Source: Gammaproteobacteria bacterium | GTDB taxonomy: Bacteria > Pseudomonadota > Gammaproteobacteria > Chromatiales > Chromatiaceae | DNA: 64,000 nt | Assembly: GCA_030065815.1 (NCBI GenBank) | Contig: JASJCU010000001.1 | Span: forward strand, 1,518 to 65,517 | Direction: 5' to 3' | In this document: positions 1 through 8,836 of the stretch, piece after piece | Layout: every line of letters starts with the position of its first letter | Numbering within the stretch: the first letter of the stretch is position 1 | Position numbers and translations under genes: made by a program | The notes under the pieces: generated by a model | The model's database searches: none | Told to the model about the DNA's origin: nothing | The model's input: the letters and a program-made list of their open reading frames with translations, nothing else

Positions 1-565
1 TCTTGAGATCGTGCTCGGCGGCAAAGCGTTCGAGATCCGGCCGCCGCGCCATCGTGCCGTCCTCGTTGAGGATCTCGACGATGACCGAGGTCGGCGAGAA
101 CCCGGCCAGGCGGGCGAGATCGCAGCCGGCCTCGGTGTGACCGGCGCGCACGAGCACGCCGCCGGGCTGGGCCATCAGCGGAAAGATGTGGCCGGGCTGG
201 ACCAGGTCCTGCGGCTGGGCATCCGGCTTGACGGCGGCGAGCACCGTCGTCGCGCGGTCGGCGGCCGAGATGCCGGTCGTGACGCCTTCGGCGGCCTCGA
301 TCGACACCGTGAAGTTGGTCGACTCGAGCTGGTTGTCGGTGTTGACCATCAGCGGCAGGCGCAGCTGGCGGCAACGCTCCTTGGTCAACGTCAGGCAGAT
401 CAGGCCGCGGCCGTACTTGGCCATGAAATTGATCGCCGCGGGCGTGGTCCTTTCCGCGGCGATGACCAAATCGCCCTCGTTTTCGCGGTCTTCGTCGTCC
501 ATGATGATGACCATGCGGCCCTGGCGCAGGTCCTGGATGATGTCTTGTGAGCTGTTCAGTTCCAT
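1..565 (-). CDS. ribBA: RibBA, 5' part only (3,4-dihydroxy-2-butanone-4-phosphate synthase domain); the gene runs off the left edge
   Basis: Reverse translation from the ATG at 565..563 reads [38 protein letters not shown]...[12 protein letters not shown]...[14 protein letters not shown], the classic RibB domain. It is absent from the ORF track because it has no stop inside the window. The + ORFs 11..550 and 186..635 are its shadows. Confidence 0.85.
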   Translation of the reverse strand, partial: MELNSSQDIIQDLRQGRMVIIMDDEDRENEGDLVIAAERTTPAAINFMAKYGRGLICLTLTKERCRQLRLPLMVNTDNQLESTNFTVSIEAAEGVTTGISAADRATTVLAAVKPDAQPQDLVQPGHIFPLMAQPGGVLVRAGHTEAGCDLARLAGFSPTSVIVEILNEDGTMARRPDLERFAAEHDLK

Positions 566-595
566 GCGACTGAAAAGAAAGCGGAAAACGGTACA

Positions 596-1255
596 GTGTA
601 CCGGTTTTCGCGGCGCGGAGAAATTGCTGCCGTGAGCGATACCGAGGGCGTCGTCAAATACACGCTCGATTACCGCGCGAGCGCACTGCCCGACGACGCC
701 GACATCGACGGCCTGTTCCACTGGTTCTTGCGCTGCCGGCAACGCCGCCTGATCGGCCGCGACCCGGAACGCTACGACGGCTACGCGTACGGCAACATCA
801 GCGTGCGTGCGGCACGCGGCTTCGTGATCTCGGCGACCCAGAGCGGCGGCGAGCCGGCACTGGCGGCCGACCGGCTGGCCTGGGTCGAGGACTTCGACAT
901 CGCCGCCAACCGCCTGCGTGCCGGCGGACCGGCGCGGCCATCGTCGGAGGCGATGACGCACGGCCAGGTGTACCGCGCACTGCCGGCCGTAGGTGCGGTC
1001 ATCCACGTGCACTCGCCGCTGCTGTGGCGGCTCGCAACGCGGCTCGGCATTCCGGTTACGCCGCCGTCCGCCGCCTACGGTACCCCGGCGATGGCGACCG
1101 CGGTCGAGCGCCTGCTGCGCGCCGACACGACGCCGACCGGACTGTTCGCGATGGGCGGGCACGAAGACGGCGTCGTCGCCTACGCCGCGACCATCGACGC
1201 CGCCGGCCGACACCTGTTCACGGCCCTCGACCGCGCCGAGGCGCTGGCAGGCTGA
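596..1255 (+). CDS. class II aldolase/adducin-family protein
   Basis: Track ORF 596..1255. It has a GNISVR...ISATQSG segment and the metal-site-like AVIHVHSP motif typical of class II aldolase/adducin folds. The start is uncertain (GTG 596 or GTG 632). Confidence 0.65.
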   Translation: MYRFSRRGEIAAVSDTEGVVKYTLDYRASALPDDADIDGLFHWFLRCRQRRLIGRDPERYDGYAYGNISVRAARGFVISATQSGGEPALAADRLAWVEDFDIAANRLRAGGPARPSSEAMTHGQVYRALPAVGAVIHVHSPLLWRLATRLGIPVTPPSAAYGTPAMATAVERLLRADTTPTGLFAMGGHEDGVVAYAATIDAAGRHLFTALDRAEALAG

Positions 1256-1270
1256 ACCGGCGTCGGGCGC

Positions 1271-2233
1271 TCAGCGCCACACGACGTCGCGGTAGTACAG
1301 CTCGAGGCTCTCCTCGGCGACGCTGCGCTGCAGCGCGTCGAAGGCCGGACCGGTCCAGCCCTTGGCCCAGCAGTCACGCAGCAGCCAGGTATTGACGACG
1401 CGCCGCCCCGGCCAGTCGAGCTGGCGGATGCGCACGTCGCGCAGCAGCGGCTTACCGGCGTACTGCGCCTGCTTCCAGTCGTAGAACAGCGTCGACTGGG
1501 TCACGCCGCGGCGCAGCGTGACACTCGGCCATGCCGCACGCTGCTCGGCATCGAGGCCGGTGAACGCGCTGATGCCCTGCACGGGGCTGAAGTCACGGTC
1601 GCTGAACGGACCACCGAGCAGCCGCGGCGCGCTGACCGCGCACAGCCCGGCCTCGACGCCGTCGATCTCGACGCTGAAGTTGTGCGCCGGCAGCAGTTCC
1701 TCGTCGACCAGTTGTGACGGCAACAGCAGCGGGCTGCCGGCGATCACCGCACCGCTCGGCGCACGGAACGTCACCTCCATGTCGAGCGCCGGCAGGCGCC
1801 CGTAGTCGGCGTCGACCTTCTCCGGCATGCCGAGCACGACACCGCCGGCGAACGCCGCCAGCGCCTTTTTGAGGTAGCTGCCGAGCCGCGTCGCGCGCTC
1901 GCCGGGGGCGGTCGCCGTCGCCTCGAACACGGACTCGGCGCCGTCGATGCACAGCGTCGTCGGCGTCGCGCGGGCGAACGCGAGCAGGCGCTCGAGCGCG
2001 CTCTTCTCGTCGGCTAGGGTACGCCCGCGCAGCGCGAGGTCGACATGCACGAACGCGTCGCCGGCGGTACTCGCCAGCAGCTGGGCGCAGTACACGCGAT
2101 CGCGCGGCTGGCCACCCAGCGCGAGCACGCGCACGCCGCCGCTGCGGCGGCGACGCTTGTCCGCGAGCGCGAGTATCGCCGTCGGATCGCGGCGGCTGAA
2201 GGCGAAGCGCGGGCGCGCCACGGCGGTCGGCAC
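1271..2233 (-). CDS. fusion protein: degenerate AAA+ (pseudo-ATPase) N-domain plus T4 gp19-like tail-tube C-domain
   Basis: The start is GTG 2233, 2 nt after the stop of the upstream tube gene (TGAcgGTG). The ATG at 2449 would overlap that gene. The N-half aligns by eye to eCIS/CDC48-type AAA modules, but Walker A is GGQPRDRV and Walker B is LCIDGAES. The C-half has AHNFSVEIDGV ... DCWAKGWTGP ... LELYY, which are tube-family hallmarks. Confidence 0.65.
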   Translation of the reverse strand: MPTAVARPRFAFSRRDPTAILALADKRRRRSGGVRVLALGGQPRDRVYCAQLLASTAGDAFVHVDLALRGRTLADEKSALERLLAFARATPTTLCIDGAESVFEATATAPGERATRLGSYLKKALAAFAGGVVLGMPEKVDADYGRLPALDMEVTFRAPSGAVIAGSPLLLPSQLVDEELLPAHNFSVEIDGVEAGLCAVSAPRLLGGPFSDRDFSPVQGISAFTGLDAEQRAAWPSVTLRRGVTQSTLFYDWKQAQYAGKPLLRDVRIRQLDWPGRRVVNTWLLRDCWAKGWTGPAFDALQRSVAEESLELYYRDVVWR

Positions 2234-2235
2234 CG

Positions 2236-2724
2236 TCAGTCCTCGATCTCGATACCACCGTGCGCGAGTACCAGTTCCTCGATCGCGACCGCGCTGCTGG
2301 TACTGTCGAGGGTCGGACCGGTGTACTTGATCGGCCAGGCATCGCTGACCTTCCAGACGACGACCTCGTTGCGGGCCTCGTCGAGCAGCTTGATCTGCCC
2401 GCTGGCGCGCTGCGGCTTGCCGCTGACCGACTGCGCGAACCACTGCCACAACGTCAGGTCGCCGGTGATGCCGCGCTTGAGCACGATGTCGGCGTAGCGC
2501 ACCAGACCGGGCAGTCGGCGCGGCGTCAGCAGGCGGTCGTTGCCATTGCGGTACGCGATCGTTTCCTGCTCGACGCTGAGGCCGCTGACCTCGCTGAAGC
2601 CTCCCTGTACCGTGGCCCCGAGGATGCCGACGTCGACGAACTCGACGAGGAAATTGAACGCCGCATACGGGTCTTCTCTGACAACCGGCACGCTACCCCT
2701 CCCCTGCGGCAGCGCCGCAGCCAT
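2236..2724 (-). CDS. phage T4 gp19-like / eCIS tail-tube family protein
   Basis: 162 aa. Motifs DPYAAFNFLVEFVDVG..FSEVSGLSVEQETIAYRNG...LPGLVRYADIVLKRGITGDLTLWQW...DAWPIKYTGP...IEELVLAHGGIE match the conserved phage tail region protein pattern. Confidence 0.8.
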   Translation of the reverse strand: MAAALPQGRGSVPVVREDPYAAFNFLVEFVDVGILGATVQGGFSEVSGLSVEQETIAYRNGNDRLLTPRRLPGLVRYADIVLKRGITGDLTLWQWFAQSVSGKPQRASGQIKLLDEARNEVVVWKVSDAWPIKYTGPTLDSTSSAVAIEELVLAHGGIEIED

Positions 2725-2778
2725 GTGCTATTTTTTCCTAACGCCCCAATTAAGGCCCAACACAGGGAAGGCTTCAAG

Positions 2779-3210
2779 ATGCCCAACCGCAGATCGTTCG
2801 ACCACATCGGCGCCTTCAACTTCCTGCTCGAGATCGAAGGCGTCACGCAGGGCCCCGTCAGCTACGTCAGCGGGCTTACAGCGCGCACCGACGTCGTCAG
2901 TTTCAAGGACGGCAGCGACACCACGGTGCGCAACCGCCCGGGACGCAACCGCTGCGACAACATCATCGTGCGCCGCGGTTACAACAACGTCGACGACCTC
3001 TACGGCTGGTACGACAAGGTCCGCGACGGCAAGGTCGAGCGCAAGGCCGGTTCGGTGATCATCGCCGGCGACGACGCCAGCGAGATCACCCGCTTCAACT
3101 TCTACGAGGCCTGGCCGTGCCGCTGGAGCCTGCTGACGCTGGATGGCGAAGACAGCTCGACGCTGCTCGAGGAGATCGAGATCGCCGTCGAACGCATCGA
3201 GAAAGCCTGA
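2779..3210 (+). CDS. phage T4 gp19-like / eCIS tail-tube family protein (second stand-alone paralog)
   Basis: 143 aa from ATG 2779, preceded by agggaagg. Motifs GAFNFLLEIEGV..VSGLTARTDVVSFKDG...IVRRGY..LYGWY...NFYEAWPCRWS...LEEIEIAVERIE. Confidence 0.8.
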   Translation: MPNRRSFDHIGAFNFLLEIEGVTQGPVSYVSGLTARTDVVSFKDGSDTTVRNRPGRNRCDNIIVRRGYNNVDDLYGWYDKVRDGKVERKAGSVIIAGDDASEITRFNFYEAWPCRWSLLTLDGEDSSTLLEEIEIAVERIEKA

Positions 3211-3266
3211 CCGCGACATCGCGGCGCGCTTCCACGGGCGCGCGAGCCCGGTTAGGCTGACACCGC

Positions 3267-4181
3267 GTGGACACCAAGAACGGAAAAACCATCTCCCTGG
3301 CGCTCGGCAGCGGCGGCGCCCGTGGCCTAGCCCACATCGGCGTGATCCGCACGCTCGAACGCGAGGGCTGGCAGATCGGCGCGATCAGTGGCAGCTCGAT
3401 CGGCGCGCTGATCGGCGGCTTCTACGCCGCCGGCAAGCTCGACGACTACGCTGAATGGGTCCAGGAGATCACCGAATTCAACGTCCTGCGCTACCTGGAC
3501 ATCGCCTGGGGCGGCGCCGGCATGCTCAAGGGCGAGATGCTGATGGAGACGCTGCAGGAGTTCGTCGGCCGCCACCGCATCGAGGACCTACCGATCCCAC
3601 TGACGATCGTCGCGACCGACGTGCTGACCCGCAAGGAGATCTGGCTGCACCGCGGCGACCTGTTCGATGCTATTCGCGCATCGATCGCGGTGCCCATGAT
3701 ATTCACACCACACACGGTGAATGGCCGGCCGCTGCTCGACGGCGGCATCCTGAACCCGGTGCCGATCGCGCCGACGCTGCAGGACCCAACCGATGCGATC
3801 TTCGCGGTCAGCCTCGCCGGCGTGCCGAAGAAGCCGGGCGGCAGCAGCCGCCGCAGTCATGTGCCGGTCGAGAAGCCAAAGCACCGCTACCACAAGGCGA
3901 TCGAGGCCTTCATCGACCAGCTGCAGGACAAGCTCGGCCTCAGCGACGATCGGGACGGTAGCGACGGCCCGAGCCTGTCGATCACCGACACCGCGCTGCT
4001 GTCGCTGGACGCGATGCAGGCGTCGATCGGGCGCTGCATGCTCGCCGCCTATCCGCCGGACCTGCTGATCGAGGTACCGATCAACACCTGCGGCGCGCAC
4101 GAGTTCTACCGTGCTGCCGAGGTCATCAGGGCCGGCGAGGAATCGACCGAGCGGGCGCTGGAGCGATTCGAACGGGGATGA
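3267..4181 (+). CDS. patatin-like phospholipase (RssA-like)
   Basis: Oxyanion motif GSGGARG, nucleophile elbow GSSIG (GxSxG) and catalytic Asp motif LLDGGILNPVP are all present. GTG start at 3267. Confidence 0.85.
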   Translation: MDTKNGKTISLALGSGGARGLAHIGVIRTLEREGWQIGAISGSSIGALIGGFYAAGKLDDYAEWVQEITEFNVLRYLDIAWGGAGMLKGEMLMETLQEFVGRHRIEDLPIPLTIVATDVLTRKEIWLHRGDLFDAIRASIAVPMIFTPHTVNGRPLLDGGILNPVPIAPTLQDPTDAIFAVSLAGVPKKPGGSSRRSHVPVEKPKHRYHKAIEAFIDQLQDKLGLSDDRDGSDGPSLSITDTALLSLDAMQASIGRCMLAAYPPDLLIEVPINTCGAHEFYRAAEVIRAGEESTERALERFERG

Positions 4182-4210
4182 CCGACGCGCTAAGGGGGCG
4201 CGCGGACCGG

Positions 4211-4600
4211 CTACTCGGCCAACACCGGCGGCGCCGGCTGCGCGTAGCCGTAGCCGGATTGCGGCGGCGCGTAGGCATACGGCGCGTAGCGGCCCCAGTA
4301 TGGCGCACGATGGTTATAGCCACGCCCCCACGCGTCGCCGGCTCCGTAACCACTGCCGTACCCGCGCATGTTGCTGCTGGCGCGGCCGGACAGGCTCATA
4401 CTGAAGTCCGCGCCGCCGGCGGCATCACCGCCGCGGAACTGCTCGCCGCCGTGCCCGCCGGCCCCGTAGCCGCTGCCGAGGCCGTAGTTCGGAACCCAGC
4501 CGTTGCCGGCCCACGGGCCGCTCATCGGGCCGCCCCACCAGGCCACCGCCGTTGCCGACAGGCCAATGCCGGCGGCCATTACCACGATTCTTGCAATCAT
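4211..4600 (-). CDS. Gly/Tyr-rich secreted protein, putative sulfur globule protein (Sgp-like)
   Basis: 129 aa. N-terminal hydrophobic signal (MIARIVVMAAGIGLSATAVAW), then GYG/GSGYGAG/YAPYAYAPP low-complexity sequence and a central ADFSMSLSGRASSNMRGYG segment. Strong SD (gaggagaggca) before the ATG at 4600. Paralog of 14641..14964. Confidence 0.55.
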   Translation of the reverse strand: MIARIVVMAAGIGLSATAVAWWGGPMSGPWAGNGWVPNYGLGSGYGAGGHGGEQFRGGDAAGGADFSMSLSGRASSNMRGYGSGYGAGDAWGRGYNHRAPYWGRYAPYAYAPPQSGYGYAQPAPPVLAE

Positions 4601-5119
4601 TGCCTCTCCTCACCGTTGCCTGCAGTCGCAGCGCGGCGGCGTGCGCCTACCGCGCCTGGCTGGGTAAAAGAATGCGGGTGGAGGGGCGTGCATATGCCTT
4701 GCGCGATGTGGCTATTCGACATGGTCATGGCGCCGCCGGGGCCGCCGAGACCGACCATGGGCGCGGCGAGACGCCCGCCTGGGCCGACTGACGGCTAACG
4801 CGGTAACGCCTCCGGTCGTGGACGCCGTGTCCGGCCACGCGACGCTGCCGTGGCCGGTCCCCGGCCCGACCGATCAGGCGGCGTGCAGCGTGGTCTCGAT
4901 CGTGGACGACACCGCACCCGACCGCGTCGTGGGCGTCGCCAGCGCGAGCGCGCACGGCACAGCCGTGAATCCTTGGGACGACACACGACGGGAACCGCAG
5001 GCGCGCGCCCGCGCGGTGCCGAACGCGTTACCCATCGGCACAGCCAATGCCGCGCAAGCGCGCCGTGTACCGGCACTGGCGAATGGGTCTGAATGACAGA
5101 TTGGGGGCAGGACAGGACG

Positions 5120-5782
5120 CTATCGGTCGACGAAGCCCGCGCGCGCGAGCATCGCCAGATCGATCGGCGGCACGCCGGCATCCGCGGCACGCTCGCCGAG
5201 CAGCAGTCGTTCGAGGTAGCGCGCGACCAGGTCGACCTCGAGGTTGACCTCGCGATCGGCCGCATAGCCGTGCATGATCGTCTCCTGCAGCGTGTGCGGC
5301 ACGATGTTCAGCTCGAAGCGGTTGCCATGCACGGCGTTGACGGTCAGGCTGGTTCCATCGACCGTGATCGATCCCTTGTGCGCGATGTAGCGGGCCAGTT
5401 CGCGCGGCGCCTCGATCGTGAAACGCACCGAACGTGCATCGTCGTGACGCTCGATGACGCGACCGAGGCCATCGACGTGGCCGCTGACCAGGTGCCCGCC
5501 GAGTCGCGTCGCCAGCGTCAGTGCCTTTTCCAGGTTCACCGGGCTGCCCCGTTGCAGCCGGCCAAGGCCGGTCAGCGACAGCGTTTCGCGCGACACATCG
5601 GCGACGAAACCGTCACCGGGCAGCTCGACCGCGGTCAGGCACACGCCGTTGACGGCGATGCTGTCGCCGGGGGCGACGTCGCCGAGATCCAGTTTGCCGG
5701 TGCGAATACGCAGCCGCATGTCGCCGCCACGCTGCTCGAGCGCGGCGACCTCGCCGACCGCCTGGATGATCCCGGTGAACAT
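5120..5782 (-). CDS. ribE: riboflavin synthase (alpha chain)
   Basis: MFTGIIQAVGEV...GDSIAVNGVCLTAV... followed by a second lumazine-binding repeat (GSITVDGTSLTVN). Confidence 0.92.
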   Translation of the reverse strand: MFTGIIQAVGEVAALEQRGGDMRLRIRTGKLDLGDVAPGDSIAVNGVCLTAVELPGDGFVADVSRETLSLTGLGRLQRGSPVNLEKALTLATRLGGHLVSGHVDGLGRVIERHDDARSVRFTIEAPRELARYIAHKGSITVDGTSLTVNAVHGNRFELNIVPHTLQETIMHGYAADREVNLEVDLVARYLERLLLGERAADAGVPPIDLAMLARAGFVDR

Positions 5783-5798
5783 GCTCGGTACCTCCTGC

Positions 5799-6935
5799 TC
5801 ACCCGCGCCGCGGGCGAAGCGTCAGGCGCAGGTCATCACCGACCCGGCGCACATCGTCGAATCCGAATCCCAGCCGCTGCTCCATCGCGTCGACGCCGGG
5901 CAGATCGACCAGCGCCCGCGCCGCATGGCCCATCAGGTGCGGCGCCTGGTAGACGATCAGCTCGTCGACCAGACCGGCCTGCAGCATCGCGCCGGCCAGC
6001 GTCGACCCGCTCTCGACCAGTAGCTCAATGACGTCGCGCGCGGCGAGCATCGCCAGCACGCTCTGCAGGTCGATGCGGCCGCCGATCTGCGGCAGGCGCT
6101 CGACATCGGCGCCGGCCTCGCGCAGCTCGGCCTCGCTGTCGGCCGGTGCACCCTGTCCGCAGACCACGAGCGTGTCGCCCGCGAGTTGCAGCATGCGCGC
6201 CCGCGGCAGCATACGCAGTCGGGTGTCGAGCACGACGCGCAGCGGCTGGCGCACGTCGTCGCTGGCGTCGACACCGCGCAAGTCTGTGCTGCCGAGGCGT
6301 ACGTTCAGCGACGGATCATCGGCAAGCACGGTGTCGATGCCGGTCATTATCGCACTGCTGCGCGCGCGCAGGCGCTGGACGTCGCGGCGCGCCTGCTCAC
6401 CGGTGATCCACTGGCTCTCGCCGCTGGCCATCGCGGTGCGGCCGTCCAGGCTCATCGCCAGTTTGCAGCGCACGTAGGGCCGCTGCCGGCGCATGCGCAT
6501 CAGGAATCCGGGATTCAGCGCCTCGGCGTCCGCTTGCAGCAGGCCGACCGCGGCGTCGATGCCGGCGTCGCGCAGTCGCGCCACGCCGTGTCCGGCGACC
6601 AGCGGGTTCGGATCCTCGATCGCCGCGACGACGCGCGCGACCCGCGCTGCAATCAGCGCGTCGGCACAGGGTGGCGTACGGCCGTGGTGCGCGCACGGCT
6701 CCAGTGTCACGTATACGGTGGCGCCCGCGGCCCGGGGCCCGGCGGCGTCCAGCGCGAGGCGTTCGGCGTGCGCCGCGCCGGCGCGGCGGTGCCAGCCCTC
6801 GCCGACGACGCCGCCGTCGTTGACGATGACGCAGCCGACGCGCGGGTTGGGGTCGGTCGTGAACAGGCCGAGTTCGGCGAGGTGCAGCGCCCGCGCCATG
6901 TACCGGCGGTCGTCGGCGCTGAACGACACTGTCAT
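5799..6935 (-). CDS. ribD: bifunctional riboflavin biosynthesis deaminase/reductase RibD
   Basis: CMP/dCMP deaminase zinc motif (HAERLAL...[14 protein letters not shown]) followed by the reductase domain. Its ATG overlaps the nrdR stop (ATGA). Confidence 0.92.
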   Translation of the reverse strand: MTVSFSADDRRYMARALHLAELGLFTTDPNPRVGCVIVNDGGVVGEGWHRRAGAAHAERLALDAAGPRAAGATVYVTLEPCAHHGRTPPCADALIAARVARVVAAIEDPNPLVAGHGVARLRDAGIDAAVGLLQADAEALNPGFLMRMRRQRPYVRCKLAMSLDGRTAMASGESQWITGEQARRDVQRLRARSSAIMTGIDTVLADDPSLNVRLGSTDLRGVDASDDVRQPLRVVLDTRLRMLPRARMLQLAGDTLVVCGQGAPADSEAELREAGADVERLPQIGGRIDLQSVLAMLAARDVIELLVESGSTLAGAMLQAGLVDELIVYQAPHLMGHAARALVDLPGVDAMEQRLGFGFDDVRRVGDDLRLTLRPRRG

Positions 6936-7435
6936 TTGTCGTCGTCGAGCAGGTCCAGCTGCTGGCGGCGCGCCTCTGGCGTGAGCTGCGTCTCGAGGCG
7001 TTCGATCTCTTCGCGGAACGCGTGCACGTCCTCGAACTGGCGGTATACCGACGCGAAGCGCACGTACGCGACCTGGTCGAGTTTCTTCAGCTCATCCATG
7101 ACCAGCTCGCCGATCTTGCGCGACGACACCTCGCCGTCGCCGCCTGCCATCAGGCGCCGCGTTATGTGACTGATCGCGGCATCGGTCGCCTCGGTCGAGA
7201 CCGGGCGCTTCTCCAGTGCCCGCTCGATGCCGGCGCGCAGCTTGCGCCCGTCGAAGTTGACGCGGCGGCCGTCGCTCTTGACGACGCGCGGCAGGTTCAG
7301 CTCGGCGGATTCGTAGGTCGTGAAGCGCTCCTTGCAGACGTTGCACTCGCGCCGCCGGCGCACCTGGTCGCCATCACCGTGCAGCCGCGAATCGACGACC
7401 TTGGTGTCCTGGGCTCCGCAGAACGGACAGCGCAT
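6932..7435 (-). CDS. nrdR: transcriptional repressor NrdR
   Basis: [18 protein letters not shown]...[17 protein letters not shown] zinc ribbon plus ATP-cone. I chose the conserved MRCPFC start (ATG 7435) rather than the track start at 7507. Confidence 0.9.
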   Translation of the reverse strand: MRCPFCGAQDTKVVDSRLHGDGDQVRRRRECNVCKERFTTYESAELNLPRVVKSDGRRVNFDGRKLRAGIERALEKRPVSTEATDAAISHITRRLMAGGDGEVSSRKIGELVMDELKKLDQVAYVRFASVYRQFEDVHAFREEIERLETQLTPEARRQQLDLLDDDK

Positions 7436-7442
7436 CGGATCA

Positions 7443-7470
7443 GGGCCGAGGGCCGAGGGCCGAGGGCCGA
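7443..7470. repeat. perfect 4x heptanucleotide tandem repeat (GGGCCGA)4
   Basis: Read directly: gggccga gggccga gggccga gggccga. It begins 8 nt upstream of the nrdR ATG on the nrdR strand. Confidence 0.95.
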
Positions 7471-7582
7471 AGGAACGCGCCGACCGGGGCCCGACCGTCG
7501 CGGGCACGCCAGATCCCCATGCAGGTTCGATGAAAACGCACTTGCACGCCCTCGTACCTCGCTGCTCTTTCCCCGTTTCTCG

Positions 7583-8836
7583 CTACTTATAGACCGGATA
7601 GCGGGCGCAGATGTCGAGCACCTTGGCCTTGACCGCGTCGATCACGGCCTGGTCGCCGCGGCCGTCGATGACGTCGCACATCCAGTTGGCCAGCTCACGG
7701 CACTCGTGCTCGCCGAAGCCGCGCGTGGTCACGGCCGGTGTGCCGACGCGGATCCCGGACGTCACGAACGGCGACTGCGGGTCGTTCGGTACCGCGTTCT
7801 TGTTGACCGTGATGTTGGCGGCGCCGAGCCAGGCATCGACGTCCTTGCCGGTCAGGCCGGCGCCGATGAAGCTGACCAGGAACAGGTGGTCGTCGGTGCC
7901 GTTGGAGACGACGTCGTAGCCGCGGTCCATGAACACCTGGGCCATCACCTGGGCGTTGCTGACGACCTGCTTCTGGTAGTCGACGAACCCGGGCTCCATC
8001 GCCTCTTTGAACGCCACCGCCTTGGCGGCGATCGCGTGTTCGAGCGGGCCGCCCTGGCCGCCGGGGAACACCGCCGAGTTGAGTTTCTTCGCGATCTCCT
8101 CGTTGGCCCTGGCCAGGATCAGGCCGGCGCGCGGGCCGCGCAGCGTCTTGTGGGTCGTCGTCGTCACGACATCGGCGATCGGCACCGGGTTCGGGTAGAT
8201 GCCGGCCGCGACCAGCCCGGCGATGTGCGCCATGTCGACGAACAGGTAGGCACCGACCGCATCGGCGATGTCGCGGAAGCGCTGCCAGTCGACGACCCGC
8301 GAGTAGGCGGAGAACCCGGCGATGATCATCTTCGGCCGGTGTTCCCTGGCCAGCCGTTCGACCTCGTCGTAGTCGATCTCGCCGGTCTCGCTGTCGATCC
8401 CGTACTGCACCGCGCTGTAGATCTTGCCCGAAAAGCTCGGCTTGGCGCCGTGCGTCAGGTGACCGCCATCGGCCAGCGACATGCCGAGGATGGTATCGCC
8501 CGGCTGGCACAAGGCCATGTACACGGCAAGGTTGGCCGACGAACCGGAGTGCGGCTGGACGTTGGCGTAGTCGGCGCCGAACAGCTGCTTGGCGCGGTCG
8601 ATCGCGAGCTGCTCGACGGCATCGACGTTTTCGCAGCCGCCATAGTAGCGCTTGGCCGGGTAGCCCTCGGCGTACTTGTTGGTCAACACCGAACCCTGCG
8701 CCTCGAGCACGCGCGGGCTGGTGTAGTTCTCGGACGCAATCAGCTCGATGTGCTCTTCCTGACGACGCTCCTCGGCGCGCATCGCCGTCGCCAAGTCGTC
8801 ATCGTAGCCCGCGATCGTCATCTCTTTGCCGAACAT
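7583..8836 (-). CDS. glyA: serine hydroxymethyltransferase
   Basis: 417 aa with [23 protein letters not shown] and the PLP-lysine region [12 protein letters not shown]. Confidence 0.97.
   Translation of the reverse strand: MFGKEMTIAGYDDDLATAMRAEERRQEEHIELIASENYTSPRVLEAQGSVLTNKYAEGYPAKRYYGGCENVDAVEQLAIDRAKQLFGADYANVQPHSGSSANLAVYMALCQPGDTILGMSLADGGHLTHGAKPSFSGKIYSAVQYGIDSETGEIDYDEVERLAREHRPKMIIAGFSAYSRVVDWQRFRDIADAVGAYLFVDMAHIAGLVAAGIYPNPVPIADVVTTTTHKTLRGPRAGLILARANEEIAKKLNSAVFPGGQGGPLEHAIAAKAVAFKEAMEPGFVDYQKQVVSNAQVMAQVFMDRGYDVVSNGTDDHLFLVSFIGAGLTGKDVDAWLGAANITVNKNAVPNDPQSPFVTSGIRVGTPAVTTRGFGEHECRELANWMCDVIDGRGDQAVIDAVKAKVLDICARYPVYK

Noticed and set aside
11-635. + strand ORFs 11..550 and 186..635 at the left edge.
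   Set aside because: The - strand translation is a clear RibB domain starting at ATG 565. The + ORFs are its shadows.
1271-3210. Prophage or complete contractile injection system.
   Set aside because: Only tube-family domains are present. No sheath, baseplate, spike, tape measure, capsid, terminase, lysis or integrase genes occur in the flanks, which are housekeeping genes. It is reported instead as an orphan module.
3267-4181. Patatin as a CBASS (CapV-like) effector.
   Set aside because: There is no CD-NTase, SAVED or other cyclic-nucleotide sensor domain, and no ubiquitin-like accessory genes nearby. The protein is a plain ~300-aa patatin.
4601-5119. Possible FMN riboswitch or a real 92-aa gene (4818..5096 +) in the 519-bp gap next to ribE.
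   Set aside because: I could not recognise the conserved FMN-element core by eye, and the gap is downstream of ribE rather than upstream of a rib gene start. The 92-aa ORF has a fairly G/C-rich third position but no SD, no family features and a GTG start. The evidence is too weak to call.
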